A stretch of DNA of 64,000 nucleotides from Tagaea sp. (GTDB lineage Bacteria > Pseudomonadota > Alphaproteobacteria > CACIAM-22H2). Location: NCBI GenBank assembly GCA_965279525.1, contig CBDIIB010000005.1:1088001-1152000 (forward strand), given 5' to 3'. Below, one piece after another: positions 21,118-34,186 of this stretch. How positions within the stretch are numbered: position 1 is the stretch's first letter; each line of letters starts with the position of its first letter. The notes beneath the pieces were generated by a model. The model did not search any database. It worked only from the letters and a program-made list of their open reading frames with translations, and was not told the origin of the DNA. The position numbers were made by a program, and so were the translations under genes.

Positions 21118-21152
21118 GGGCGCCCCCGCCACCCCGGTTCCGCATTCCAGAG

Positions 21153-22148
21153 ATGATCCAACCCGCCCGCCACGCGGCGTCAGACGGCTTTGCCGTCGAT
21201 TCGCCCGAAATCGTGCCGCAGCCGCGGACCCTGCAGGTCCTGCTTGCCGGTCTCGTGCTGGCCGCGATCCTGCCGCTGGCCCTTGCCGTGGGCACCGGCG
21301 ACCGGGTGCGCCCGCCCGTCGAGACCTGGCGCGGTCCCCTCGAGCTGTTCGAGCCCGAGACGGCCCTTGTTCCGGTCGCCGTCGAACGCGTCACGCGCGT
21401 CAGCCTGATGGCGGCGGACGATCTCTACGCGCTGTTCGTCGGGCGCGGCTACCTGCTCGAGGACACCAAGACCGCCAACGACCCGGTTCCGCGCATGGTC
21501 GTCGAACGGCTGCCGCGCGATCTGGCGGCACTCGAATCGTCGGACCTGCGCAAGGCGGTGTTCATCAAGTCGCTGCTGCCGCTGCTGCTGCTGGAGAACG
21601 AGCGCATCCTCGCCGACCGCGCGCGGCTCGAGACGATCTATGCGGACATCGCGGCGGGCGAAATGCCCGGCCTGATCGACCAGGCGTTCCTGGCCGAGAC
21701 CGCCGAACGCTACGAGGTTCCCGCCGACCGGCCGCGCGAACTTCTTCGCAAGGTCGACGCGGTCCCGGTCTCGCTGGCGATCGCCCAGGCGGCGCTGGAA
21801 ACCGGCTGGGGCACCAGCCGCCCCGCCCAGGCCGGCCACGCGCTGTTCGGCCAGATGATCTACCGCGACGAGGACGACGACGGGCGCGTGCGCCGGTTCG
21901 CCGCCCTGCCCGATGCGGTCGCCGCCTATGCGCTCAATCTCAACACGCACCGCGCCTATGGCGAGTTCCGCCGCGCGCGCGCCGCGGCCCGCGGCGAAGG
22001 CAAGCCGCACGACGGCCACGCGCTGGCCCAGCACCTGCAGCGTTATTCCGAGCGCCGGATGGATTACGTGCGCGACGTGCGCGCGGTGATGCGCGCCAAC
22101 GGCCTGCGCGCGCTCGACAAAGCCCGCCTCGACGGCGAGCCGGGCTAG
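21153..22148 (+). CDS. Bax-like GH73 glucosaminidase domain protein (membrane anchored)
   Basis: RKAVFIKSLLPL..ENERI, SLAIAQAALETGWGTSR, LNLNTHRAY, RYSER; one N-terminal TM segment. Confidence 0.85.
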   Translation: MIQPARHAASDGFAVDSPEIVPQPRTLQVLLAGLVLAAILPLALAVGTGDRVRPPVETWRGPLELFEPETALVPVAVERVTRVSLMAADDLYALFVGRGYLLEDTKTANDPVPRMVVERLPRDLAALESSDLRKAVFIKSLLPLLLLENERILADRARLETIYADIAAGEMPGLIDQAFLAETAERYEVPADRPRELLRKVDAVPVSLAIAQAALETGWGTSRPAQAGHALFGQMIYRDEDDDGRVRRFAALPDAVAAYALNLNTHRAYGEFRRARAAARGEGKPHDGHALAQHLQRYSERRMDYVRDVRAVMRANGLRALDKARLDGEPG

Positions 22149-22149
22149 T

Positions 22150-23547
22150 TCACGCACCCGTCGCGATGCGCTCGACGAGTTCCTTGACCGTCGGGATATA
22201 GCCGTTGCGGTAGAACGGATCGGACGCGAAGCGGTACGCGTTGTGCCCGGCGAACATCAGCTGGGCCTCGACATCGGCGCCGTGGCTGATGTCCTGCAGC
22301 GTCTTCTGGATGCAGAAGCTGCGCGGATCGGCCTTCTTGCCCGTCGTGCCTTCGTCGTTCTGCTGCCAGTTCGAGAAGGCGCAGGCCGAGAGACACCCCA
22401 TGCAGTTGACCTGGTCGCGGTGGATCTCTTCCGAGCGCGCCGGATCGACGAAAATGAGCGTCGAATCGGGCGTGCGCAGCGCTTCGGTGTAGCCGGCCGC
22501 GACCCACGCCTCGGCATGCACCTTGTCCTGCGCCGACAGATAGACGAGCCGGCCGCGTGCGCCCACCGGGAAGGGCTGGTCGTGTTCGCCCACGGGATGC
22601 ATCTGGTAGGCGACCTGGCGGGCCGAACGCTCTTCGAGTTCGTTGAGGAAGGGGTTGCGCACGGCCGACGAATAGAAACCGGTCGGCGAGAAACGGTGCA
22701 GCAGCACGTCGCCCGGCTTCAGCGTCAGCAGGCGGTGCTTCCATTCGTCGGAGATCGGGCTTTCCTTGGTCAGCAGCGGGCGCGTGCCGAACTGGAAGGC
22801 GCACGGACCCACGTCGGGATTGCCGATGAAGTCTTTCCACTCGTCGAGCCGCCACACGCCGCCGGCCATGATGATCGGCGTGCGGGTGAGGCCGAATTCG
22901 TTCATCTGCTTGCGCAGCTCGATCACGCGCGGCAGCGGCGCTTCGGGCTTGCGCGGATCTTCGGCGTTGGAAAGGCCGTTGTGGCCGCCGGCCAGCCACG
23001 GATCCTCGTAGACCACGCCGCCCAGCAGTTCGCTGAAGCGGTGATAGGCGCGCTTCCACAGCGCGCGGAAGGCGCGCGCGGACGAGATGATCGGATAGTA
23101 GTAGGCGCCGTACTTGGCGCAGATCTCGGCGATCTTGTAGGGCATGCCGGCGCCGCACGTGACGCCGTGGATCAGGCCCTGCGACTTCTCGAGCACCGCC
23201 TCGAGGATCGGCTCCGCCCCACCCATCTCCCACAGGATGTTCATGTGGACGCGGCCGTTGGGACCCGCCATGTCGCGCGCCACGCGCGCCTGGTGCAACG
23301 CCCCCTTGACCGCATAGGCGATCAGCTCGTCGTGCCGCTCGCGGCGCGTCTTGCCGCGATAGATCTGGCGCACGACTTCGCCGTTGGCGTCCAGATGGTC
23401 GGCGTTGACGCCCGAAAAGGTGCCGACGCCGCCGGCCGCGGCCCACGCACCCGAGCTTTCGCCGTTCGAGACCGACACGCCCTTGCCGCCTTCGACGATG
23501 GGCAGGACCTCGCGGCCCGAGATGAGGAGGGGTTCAAGAGAGAACAA
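22150..23547 (-). CDS. Nitronate monooxygenase / NAD(P)H-dependent flavin oxidoreductase family
   Basis: VLPIVEGGKGV, TCGAGMP, YEDPWLAGGHNG, IMAGGV, FQFGTR, CMGCLSAC and FCI; TTG start inferred. Confidence 0.88.
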   Translation of the reverse strand: MFSLEPLLISGREVLPIVEGGKGVSVSNGESSGAWAAAGGVGTFSGVNADHLDANGEVVRQIYRGKTRRERHDELIAYAVKGALHQARVARDMAGPNGRVHMNILWEMGGAEPILEAVLEKSQGLIHGVTCGAGMPYKIAEICAKYGAYYYPIISSARAFRALWKRAYHRFSELLGGVVYEDPWLAGGHNGLSNAEDPRKPEAPLPRVIELRKQMNEFGLTRTPIIMAGGVWRLDEWKDFIGNPDVGPCAFQFGTRPLLTKESPISDEWKHRLLTLKPGDVLLHRFSPTGFYSSAVRNPFLNELEERSARQVAYQMHPVGEHDQPFPVGARGRLVYLSAQDKVHAEAWVAAGYTEALRTPDSTLIFVDPARSEEIHRDQVNCMGCLSACAFSNWQQNDEGTTGKKADPRSFCIQKTLQDISHGADVEAQLMFAGHNAYRFASDPFYRNGYIPTVKELVERIATGA

Positions 23548-23611
23548 TTCGCGTTTCCGTCCGTACGGGCCTCGGGGGACGACCTGCTGCGGCCGCTCGC
23601 TTCTAGGATAG

Positions 23612-23639
23612 ATATAGGCTGGGTGCCCGGGCGCGCAAG
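23612..23639 (-). promoter_or_regulatory. RpoH/sigma70-like promoter of the nitronate monooxygenase-family gene
   Basis: Minus strand CTTG-N17-CCTATAT; the -35 lies in the inverted repeat CGCGCAAGC-A-GCTTGCGCG (23632-23650). Confidence 0.5.
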
Positions 23640-23658
23640 CAGCTTGCGCGGCCAATGG

Positions 23659-26388
23659 TTAACCCGGTTTCGCCGGCTTCGCCGCGGTATTTGCCGTCCC
23701 CGGCCAGTCGGCGGTCGTCCGGTGCGCGTGGACCAGTTCCGGGGCATCCGGCGAGGCCGAAATCGTGAATCCGAGCGCCCGACACAATTCGATCATCTTG
23801 TGATTCTCCCGCATGACCTCGCCGAAGATCTCGCCCACCCCGCGCGCCCGGCAATAATCGAGGATGCGCACCATCAGCCGCCAGCCGAGGCCGATACCCT
23901 TCAGATCGGACCGGACGGCGATCGCATACTCGGCGCGCACGCGGTCGGGGTCCGCGACGATGCGCACCACGCCGAGCAGCCCGACCCCGAGGATCAGCGA
24001 TTCGCACACGAAGGCCATCTCGCGGTCGTAGTCGATCTGCGTGAGGCGGGCGAGCTGGGCGCGGGAGAGCTGCTTGACCGGGGCGAAGAAGCGCATGCGC
24101 CGGTCCTCGGCATCCATCCGGTCGACCAGCGCTTCGATCAGCGGGCCGTCTTCCGGGCGGATGGGGCGCAGCAGGGCCGGCCCCACCCCGTCGACCAGGA
24201 TCGTCTCGACCAGGTCGGACGGATAGGGCTCGATCGCCAGGCGTGCCGCGTGCACGAAGCTGGCGGGTGCCCGCACGCGGATGCGCGCGTCGAGCACGAT
24301 CGCGTCCCGGGCATCCACGAGCAGCGGATTGATGTCGATCTCGGCGACCGCGTCGAGATCGCAGACGAGCTGCGACAGGCGCACCAGCGCCAGCTCGACC
24401 GCCGCGAGATTGGCCGCCGGCCGGTCGCGATAGCCTTTCAGCAGGCGTGAGACGCGCGTCGCGGCGATGAGTTCGCGCGCGAGCTTGACGTTGAGCGGCG
24501 GCAGCGCCATCGCGGTATCCGCCATCACCTCGACGGCCGTGCCGCCCTGGCCGAACAGGATGGCGGGCCCGAACTGGCGGTCCTCGCTTGCCCCCAGGAT
24601 CAGCTCGTGCGCGTCGGGCCGGCGCACCATCTCCTGCACGAGGAAGCCGCGTATCTCGGCCGCCGGGATCTTCGCGCACACCCGGGCCGCCATCGCATGT
24701 GCGGCCAGCTCGACTGCCTGCGGCCCGTCGAGATCGAGCGCCACGCCGCCGAAGTCGGACTTGTGCAGCACCTGCGGCGACACGATCTTGAGCGCCACGC
24801 GCCCGCCGATGCGCGCGGCCGCGGCCGCCGCACCCGCCGCATCGCGGGCAAGCTCGCCCTTGGGCAGCGTGAAGCCGTAGCCCGCCAGCACCGTGCGCAC
24901 GTCGGGGTCCGGCAGCCATTCGAGGCCGGCGGCAAGCGCCGCGGCGACCGCGGCACGCGCACCGGCCGCGTCGGGTGCCAGGTTTTCCGGTGCCGCGTCG
25001 GGCACCTCCATCAGGTTTTCCTGAGCGCGCCGGTAGCGCACGAGATGCATGAATCCGCGCACCGCCTTGTCCGGCGTGTCGAAGCTGGGAATTTGCGCAT
25101 CGGCGAAGCGCGCGCGTGCGGCAAGCGCGTTCTCGGTTCCGCCGAGCCACGAGGCGAGGATCGGCACGCGCGCGCCCGCCGCTATCTCGACGACCGCTTC
25201 GGCTGCCTCGACCGACGAGGCGATCGCCGTCGGACAGTTGAGCGCCAGGATCGCATCCACGTCGGGAGCCGCAAGCAGGGCCGCAAGGGCCGCCTGGTAG
25301 CGCGCCCCGTCGGCATCGCCGATGATGTCGACCGGATTGCCCTTCGACCAGGTCTTGGGCAGCACGCTGTCCAGACGCTTGATCGTCGCCGCGTCGAGCG
25401 TGGCGAGATGGCCCGCCTCGTCCATCAGCGCGTCGGTCGCCAGCACGCCGAGCCCGCCGCCGTTGGTGAGGATCGCCAGCCTGTCGCCGCCGCCGACGGG
25501 CGGGGCCGCAAGCGTGGCGACCGCGTCGAACAGCTCGTCCACGTCGTAGACCCGCAGCATGCCCGCGCGCCGGAACGCCGCGTCGTAGACGGCGTCGGCG
25601 CCCGCGAGTGCGCCGGTATGCGAGGCGGCCGCCTTGGCCGCTTCGGCATGGCGGCCCGCCTTGATGACGATGACGGGCTTGAGGCGTGCGGCCGCGCGCG
25701 CCGCACTCATGAACTTGCGCGCGTGCGTGACGGCCTCGATATAGAGCAGGACCGCGCGCGTGTGGCCGTCGTTGGCCAGCCAGTCGAGCATGTCGCCGAA
25801 ATCCACGTCGGTCATGTCGCCCAGCGAGACGACCTGCGAGAAGCCGATCTTGCGCGGCATCGCCCAGTCCACCACCGTCGTCGCCATGGCGCCGGACTGC
25901 GTGACGAAGGCAAGGTCGCCCTTGGGCGGCACCACGTGCGCGAAGGTCGCGTTGAGGCCGATGCCGGGCACCATCACGCCAAGGCAGTTCGGCCCGACGA
26001 TGCGCATCAGGTGGGGCCGTGCGGCTTCGAGCATCGCGCGTTCGAGCTCCTTGCCGCGCCCCTCGCCCAGTTCGCCGAAGCCCGCGGTGATGACGATCGC
26101 GGCCTTGCAGCCGCGCGCACCCAGCTCGCCGATCAGGCCGGGAACGGTTTCCGGCGGCGTGCAGATGACGGCAAGATCGGGCACCGTGGGCAGGCTTGCC
26201 ACGTCGCGGTAGGCGAAGACGCCCTCGATGGCGTCGTATTTGGGATTGACCGGCAGGATCGGGCCGGCGAAGCCGGCATGGAAGAGATTGCGCGCGAGCA
26301 CGGCACCGACCGATCCGGGCTTCGGCGTCGCACCGATCAGTGCGACCGATTTGGGCGCCAGCAGCTTGTCCAGATTGCGGATCGACAT
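23659..26388 (-). CDS. pat: Bifunctional acetate-CoA ligase family/GNAT protein lysine acetyltransferase (Pat/PatZ-like)
   Basis: CoA-binding (PKSVALIGA, VGPNCLG), ligase ASHTGAL, ATP-grasp (HKSDFGGV, DINPL), C-terminal GNAT (QIDYDREMAF, LKGIGLG). Confidence 0.9.
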   Translation of the reverse strand: MSIRNLDKLLAPKSVALIGATPKPGSVGAVLARNLFHAGFAGPILPVNPKYDAIEGVFAYRDVASLPTVPDLAVICTPPETVPGLIGELGARGCKAAIVITAGFGELGEGRGKELERAMLEAARPHLMRIVGPNCLGVMVPGIGLNATFAHVVPPKGDLAFVTQSGAMATTVVDWAMPRKIGFSQVVSLGDMTDVDFGDMLDWLANDGHTRAVLLYIEAVTHARKFMSAARAAARLKPVIVIKAGRHAEAAKAAASHTGALAGADAVYDAAFRRAGMLRVYDVDELFDAVATLAAPPVGGGDRLAILTNGGGLGVLATDALMDEAGHLATLDAATIKRLDSVLPKTWSKGNPVDIIGDADGARYQAALAALLAAPDVDAILALNCPTAIASSVEAAEAVVEIAAGARVPILASWLGGTENALAARARFADAQIPSFDTPDKAVRGFMHLVRYRRAQENLMEVPDAAPENLAPDAAGARAAVAAALAAGLEWLPDPDVRTVLAGYGFTLPKGELARDAAGAAAAAARIGGRVALKIVSPQVLHKSDFGGVALDLDGPQAVELAAHAMAARVCAKIPAAEIRGFLVQEMVRRPDAHELILGASEDRQFGPAILFGQGGTAVEVMADTAMALPPLNVKLARELIAATRVSRLLKGYRDRPAANLAAVELALVRLSQLVCDLDAVAEIDINPLLVDARDAIVLDARIRVRAPASFVHAARLAIEPYPSDLVETILVDGVGPALLRPIRPEDGPLIEALVDRMDAEDRRMRFFAPVKQLSRAQLARLTQIDYDREMAFVCESLILGVGLLGVVRIVADPDRVRAEYAIAVRSDLKGIGLGWRLMVRILDYCRARGVGEIFGEVMRENHKMIELCRALGFTISASPDAPELVHAHRTTADWPGTANTAAKPAKPG

Positions 26389-26506
26389 GGGAACCGGCGC
26401 TTTGCTGATGTTGCATCACAGTATACACGGAGACGGCGGAACCGACCCGGGCACCGCCAATCGCGGCGTGGCACTTTTGCCGTGCGCCATGGTAAACGGG
26501 ACGCCC

Positions 26507-27499
26507 ATGCGTTCCTACGACACGATTTTGGTCTATGTCGGTCTCGATCTCGTCGGCGATGCGCTGATGAAGCTGCCGTTCGTGCGCGCGCTGCGGGCGA
26601 CATACCCCGAGGCGCGGATCACCTGGCTCGCCGGCAAGGGAAAGACCGCCTTCGCCGGCCCGCTGGCGCCCCTGGTCGACGGCCAGATCGACGAGGTCAT
26701 CCAGGAGGCGGGCATCGGCACGCACTGGGGCGAGCTGCTCCGCCGGCCGCTGCCCGGACGGCACTTCGATCTCGTCATCGACACGCAGCGCCGCGTCCTG
26801 ACGACGCTCATCCTGCGCCGGATCGGTTGCGGAACGTTCGTTTCGGCGGCAGCCGGCTTCGCGTTCTCGTCGCTGCGTCCGCCGCGCGGGTACCGCAAGC
26901 CCACGACCATGATCCGCCAGATTCTCGACCTGATCGAGATCGCGAGCGGGCGCAAGGTCGATGAGCAATGGGCGCAGGATCTTCCCGCCCGGTTCGAAGA
27001 ACGCGCAGCGAGCCTGCTGCCCGCAGGACCGGCCTATGTCGGCCTGTCGCCGGGTGCCGGCGGGCGCCACAAATGCTGGCCGCTCGACCGTTTCGTCGAG
27101 ATCGCGCGCCGCCAGATGGCCCGGGGCCGGGTGCCGGTCTTCATCCTCGGCCCGGACGAGGCGTCCTGGCACGAGGGGCTGCGGGCAACGCTCCCCGAAG
27201 CGCGCTTCGCGTTGCAGGAGACGACGCCCGATGCCGTCGGGAAAAGTCCGCTTCTGACGATCGCGCTGGCTGCGCGCCTGCGCGCGGCCGTCGCCAACGA
27301 CAGCGGCGGCGGGCACCTGCTGGCGGCCGGCGGCGTGCCGCTCCTGTCCCTCTGGGGTCCGACGAAGATGGAGAAGGCTCCGCCGCAGACGCCGATCCTG
27401 CGCACGATCCTCGCGCGCGACTTCGGCGGCGATTCGATGGATCTCATCCCCGTCGACGCCGTGGATGCGGCACTGGAAGCGCTCGCGGCGAAGCCGTGA
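26507..27499 (+). CDS. Glycosyltransferase family 9 (heptosyltransferase-like)
   Basis: LVGDAL, FDLVIDTQ, HKCWPLDRF, VANDSGGGHL, LWGPT. Confidence 0.9.
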   Translation: MRSYDTILVYVGLDLVGDALMKLPFVRALRATYPEARITWLAGKGKTAFAGPLAPLVDGQIDEVIQEAGIGTHWGELLRRPLPGRHFDLVIDTQRRVLTTLILRRIGCGTFVSAAAGFAFSSLRPPRGYRKPTTMIRQILDLIEIASGRKVDEQWAQDLPARFEERAASLLPAGPAYVGLSPGAGGRHKCWPLDRFVEIARRQMARGRVPVFILGPDEASWHEGLRATLPEARFALQETTPDAVGKSPLLTIALAARLRAAVANDSGGGHLLAAGGVPLLSLWGPTKMEKAPPQTPILRTILARDFGGDSMDLIPVDAVDAALEALAAKP

Positions 27500-27509
27500 C
27501 CGGTCGGAA

Positions 27510-28841
<1,332 letters not shown>

Positions 28842-28986
28842 AGCACAATTTTTCGCGAATCGGAAAAGGGACGAAGGCAGTTTACGCGGTGCGCGAATCG
28901 CGTCGAGAAATATTGCGTGCGCCGTTGATTCAAACGCGCGGCGAAACGTGATAGTCTCCGTTCCCGTGGCATTTCAGGTGCTACAA

Positions 28987-29469
28987 ATGAAATTGCCGAC
29001 AAGCACGCTTCCCGACATCGAGTTCGATCCCGACACGCTGCGCGGCAACCGCCTGCGCCGTTTCTACAGCTACTGGGACGGACGGCGCGGCACGCGCGAG
29101 ATGCCGGCCCGGCGCGACATCGATCCGGTGGACATTCCCTGGATGCTGGGATTCGTCACGCTGCACGAGGTGATGCCGTGCGGAAACTTCCGCTTCCGCG
29201 TGGATGCCACGCACACCGCGAACGTGTTCGGCGTCGACATGACCGGGCGCACGCTCGATGAATATCCCTCGGCGGAAGTGCGCGAGATGATCCGCTTGTC
29301 GCTGACGACGGTGCTCGAGACGCGCGTGCCCTTGCGCCGCGATCTCGATTTCGGCGCCAGGTTCCAGAACTGGCGCTACGAGCGCCTGATCCTGCCGCTG
29401 TCGGACGACGGCGAGCGGATCAACATGCTGTTTTCGGCGATCGACGCCGCCCCGACGGCCGAAGGCTGA
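28987..29469 (+). CDS. Stand-alone PAS_5-like domain protein
   Basis: YWDGRRG..MPARRDIDPVDIP, FRFRV, FGVDMTG, YERLILPLSDDG. Confidence 0.82.
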   Translation: MKLPTSTLPDIEFDPDTLRGNRLRRFYSYWDGRRGTREMPARRDIDPVDIPWMLGFVTLHEVMPCGNFRFRVDATHTANVFGVDMTGRTLDEYPSAEVREMIRLSLTTVLETRVPLRRDLDFGARFQNWRYERLILPLSDDGERINMLFSAIDAAPTAEG

Positions 29470-31296
<1,827 letters not shown>

Positions 31297-31301
31297 TTTT
31301 T

Positions 31302-32300
31302 TCAGGCCGCCAGGTTACGCGCGGCGAGGTCGCGCAGCGAGACCTCCGGCCGGGCGCCATAATGTGAAATGATTTCGCCAGCACAGATCGAGCCGAGCTT
31401 GGCGCAGGTCGCGAGGTCTTTGGCCGTCGTGAGGCCGTGCAGGAAACCCGACGCGTAGAGATCGCCCGCCCCGGTCGTGTCGACGACCTTGACGCCGGCC
31501 AGTGCCGGCACGGCGTGCACTTCACCGTTGCCGATGGCGACCGAACCCTTTTCCGAGCGCGTCACGGCAGCGATGCGCGACTTCTTGGCGCGCAGGTGGG
31601 GAAGGACATCCTCGAACTTCGTGGTCTCGTAGAGCGACAGGATCTCGGCTTCGTTGGCGAACAGCACGTCGACATGGTTGTCGACCAGATCGCGGAACTC
31701 GGCGCGGTGGCGGCCCACGCAGAACGAGTCCGACAGCGTGAGCGAGACCTTGCGGCCGGCCTTGTGCGCGACTTCGGCGGCCTTGCGGAACGCGTCCTTG
31801 GCGGCCGGCTTGTCCCACAGATAGCCTTCGAGATACGTGATCTGGGCGGCGGCGACCTGCTTCTCGTCGACCTGCTCGGGGCCGAGCTCGACGCACGCGC
31901 CCAGATAGGTCTGCATCGTGCGCTGCGCGTCCGGCGTGACGAAGATCAGGCAGCGCGCGGTCGACGGGCCGGCCTTGGCGGCGGGCGTGTCGAATGCCAC
32001 GCCGGCGGCACGGATATCGTGGCGGAAGATGCCGCCGAGCTGGTCGTCGCGCACGAGGCCGATATAGGCGGCCTTGCCGCCGAGGCTGGCGATCCCGGCG
32101 ATCGTGTTGCCGGCCGAGCCGCCCGAGCTTTCGCGCCCCGGGCCCATCAGGGCGTAGAGCGCTTCGGCACGCGCCTCGTCGATCAGCGTCATGGCGCCCT
32201 TGCCAAGGCCGTTGGCGGCGAGAAAGGCGTCGTCGGCGCGGGCGATCACGTCGACAATGGCGTTGCCGATGCCGAGCACGTCGTAGCTGGCGTTTGTCAC
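31302..32300 (-). CDS. Adenosine kinase / PfkB family sugar kinase
   Basis: GTG start ([17 protein letters not shown]), GGSAGNT, LFANEAE, DTTGAGD. Confidence 0.92.
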   Translation of the reverse strand: MTNASYDVLGIGNAIVDVIARADDAFLAANGLGKGAMTLIDEARAEALYALMGPGRESSGGSAGNTIAGIASLGGKAAYIGLVRDDQLGGIFRHDIRAAGVAFDTPAAKAGPSTARCLIFVTPDAQRTMQTYLGACVELGPEQVDEKQVAAAQITYLEGYLWDKPAAKDAFRKAAEVAHKAGRKVSLTLSDSFCVGRHRAEFRDLVDNHVDVLFANEAEILSLYETTKFEDVLPHLRAKKSRIAAVTRSEKGSVAIGNGEVHAVPALAGVKVVDTTGAGDLYASGFLHGLTTAKDLATCAKLGSICAGEIISHYGARPEVSLRDLAARNLAA

Positions 32301-32432
32301 TTGCGACTCCGGTGGGGGGAGCTGGTTGGCGCGGAAAATAGCCATCCCTGTTGCGCCGCACAAGCGCCCATTCGCCGGGCGAATATGCCTGCCTTGCCAA
32401 TGCCATAAAGGTCTGGCTCCCTGTCGGACACG

Positions 32433-33140
32433 ATGGGCATGTCCGATTCGCCGATGGGGGTGCTGCGCGCGGGCGCGCTGGCCGTAGGCCAGCTTGGCGA
32501 TCCGCGTCTGCGCAAACCGCTGCTCAAGAGCCTCGGCCTGACGCTTGCCGCCTTCGCCGTCCTGTGGGCCGGCATCGGCTGGCTGCTCGCCAATACCCGC
32601 TTCTTCGAGAACGGCTGGCTCGACACCGGGACCGGGGCGCTGGGCGGGATCGCGGCCCTCGTCCTGTCGATCGTCATCTTTCCCAGCGTCGTGGCCGCGT
32701 TCCTGGGCGTGTTCCTCGAAGACGTGGCCGCGGCCGTCGACGCGCGCCACTATCCCGGGCTGCCCGCACCCCAGAAGCGCAGTGCCCTGGCCGAAATCGG
32801 CGGGGCCTTGCGGCTCGTGGCCACGGCGGTGGCGCTCAACCTCGTGGTGCTGCCGCTCTACCTCGTGCCGGGGCTCAACCTCGTGGTGTTCCTGGCGACG
32901 AACGGCTTTCTTCTGGCCCGCGAATACGTCACCATGAGCGCGGCGCGGCGGCTCGATTCGCACGATGCGCGCCGTCTTTGGCGCGACCGGCGGGGCCAGG
33001 CCTGGCTTGCCGGTGCGGCCTTTGCGGCGCTGTCGACGATCCCGGTCGTCAATCTCGCCGCCCCTGTCGTCGCGGTCGCGACGACGACGCATCTGATCGA
33101 AGCCTGGCGCCGCGCGCAAGCGGTCGGCCAGGACCATTGA
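32433..33140 (+). CDS. EI24/CysZ family membrane protein
   Basis: FLEDVAAAVDARHYP, NGFLLAREY, IPVVNL; hydrophobic. Confidence 0.82.
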   Translation: MGMSDSPMGVLRAGALAVGQLGDPRLRKPLLKSLGLTLAAFAVLWAGIGWLLANTRFFENGWLDTGTGALGGIAALVLSIVIFPSVVAAFLGVFLEDVAAAVDARHYPGLPAPQKRSALAEIGGALRLVATAVALNLVVLPLYLVPGLNLVVFLATNGFLLAREYVTMSAARRLDSHDARRLWRDRRGQAWLAGAAFAALSTIPVVNLAAPVVAVATTTHLIEAWRRAQAVGQDH

Positions 33141-33156
33141 GGAAGGAACCGGACTT

Positions 33157-33732
33157 ATGTTCCGTCGCAAGAAAGACGATACCGACGACTCGAAGCCTGC
33201 GGACGCCGAAGCCACGGGCACGTCGGCCGAGCCGGAAGCCGAGGCGATCCCGTCGCGTCCCTTCCCGCGCCCGAGCCCGCCGTCGCCCGGCGCGCTCGCG
33301 CGCTCCGTCGCCGGCCCCATCGCACCCACGGCAACCCGCACCACGGCCGTGACCGCGCGCGTCGCCAGCGATCCGGTCGAAGGCCGCAAGCTGATCGTCG
33401 GGCGCGAGATCGTGCTCTCGGGCCAGATCACGTCGTGCGAACGGCTGGTCGTCGAGGGCCGCGTCGAGGCCTCGCTGTCGGAAAGCCGCTTCATCGAGAT
33501 CGCCGAGAGCGGCGTGTTCAAGGGCATGGCCGAGATCGAGCACGCCGAGATCGCCGGCACCTTCGAAGGCACGCTCACCGTGCGCCAGAAGCTGTGGATC
33601 CGCTCGACCGGCAAGGTCACGGGCACCGTGCGCTATGGCCGGATCGAGATCGAGGAAGGCGGCCAGATCGCCGGCGAGGTCCAGGTCGACACGAGCAAGC
33701 TCGACAAGTCGGACGCCAGCGACGGTGGCTGA
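33157..33732 (+). CDS. Bactofilin (polymer-forming cytoskeletal protein)
   Basis: MFRRKK membrane-targeting N-terminus, disordered linker, LIVGREIVLSGQITSCERLVVEG...GKVTGTVRYGRIEIEEGG. Confidence 0.9.
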   Translation: MFRRKKDDTDDSKPADAEATGTSAEPEAEAIPSRPFPRPSPPSPGALARSVAGPIAPTATRTTAVTARVASDPVEGRKLIVGREIVLSGQITSCERLVVEGRVEASLSESRFIEIAESGVFKGMAEIEHAEIAGTFEGTLTVRQKLWIRSTGKVTGTVRYGRIEIEEGGQIAGEVQVDTSKLDKSDASDGG

Positions 33733-33747
33733 GATCGGCGGCTGAAA

Positions 33748-34185
33748 TTGACTGCGTTTCATCGCATGGCGGCATCCGCGCTTGCGGGTGCCGCCATTTC
33801 GATTCTGGGGGCCTGCGCCGGCAGCCCGCCGCAACCCGTCGCGGTCGCGGCCCCGCCGGCGGCTGAACCTGCCGCCGCACCGCCGCCGGTCGCCGGCGGT
33901 CCGCCGCAGGCAGCTGCCGTACCCGCCGCGACGGGTGCGCGCGCCCTGATCGGCCTCACGCGCGAGGATGTGACCGCACGCTTCGGACCGGCCGGTTTCG
34001 TGCGTCGCGACGGCCCGGCGGAAGTCTGGCGCTATCGCGCGACCGAGTGTTTCCTCGAACTCTTCATCTATCGCGATGCCGACAGCAGCCAGCGCGTGGC
34101 GCATGTCGACGCGCGCAATTTCGCCGGCCGGCCGGCCTCGGCCGACACGTGCCTGACGCGCCTCGTCGCGGAAAAGCGCGGCTAG
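33748..34185 (+). CDS. Hypothetical lipoprotein (BamE/SmpA-like fold possible)
   Basis: Lipobox LGAC, Pro/Ala linker, LIGL...FGPAGFVRRDGPAEVWRY..CFLELF..C. Confidence 0.7.
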   Translation: MTAFHRMAASALAGAAISILGACAGSPPQPVAVAAPPAAEPAAAPPPVAGGPPQAAAVPAATGARALIGLTREDVTARFGPAGFVRRDGPAEVWRYRATECFLELFIYRDADSSQRVAHVDARNFAGRPASADTCLTRLVAEKRG

Positions 34186-34186
34186 G

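Noticed and set aside
23603-27316. 1237-aa minus-strand ORF and other long Arg/Ala/Pro-rich ORFs (e.g. 913-3669, 41146-43512, 46520-48928)
   Set aside because: Alternative-frame or antisense overlaps of well-supported genes with no recognisable motifs, apart from the dctQ tail of 41146-43512
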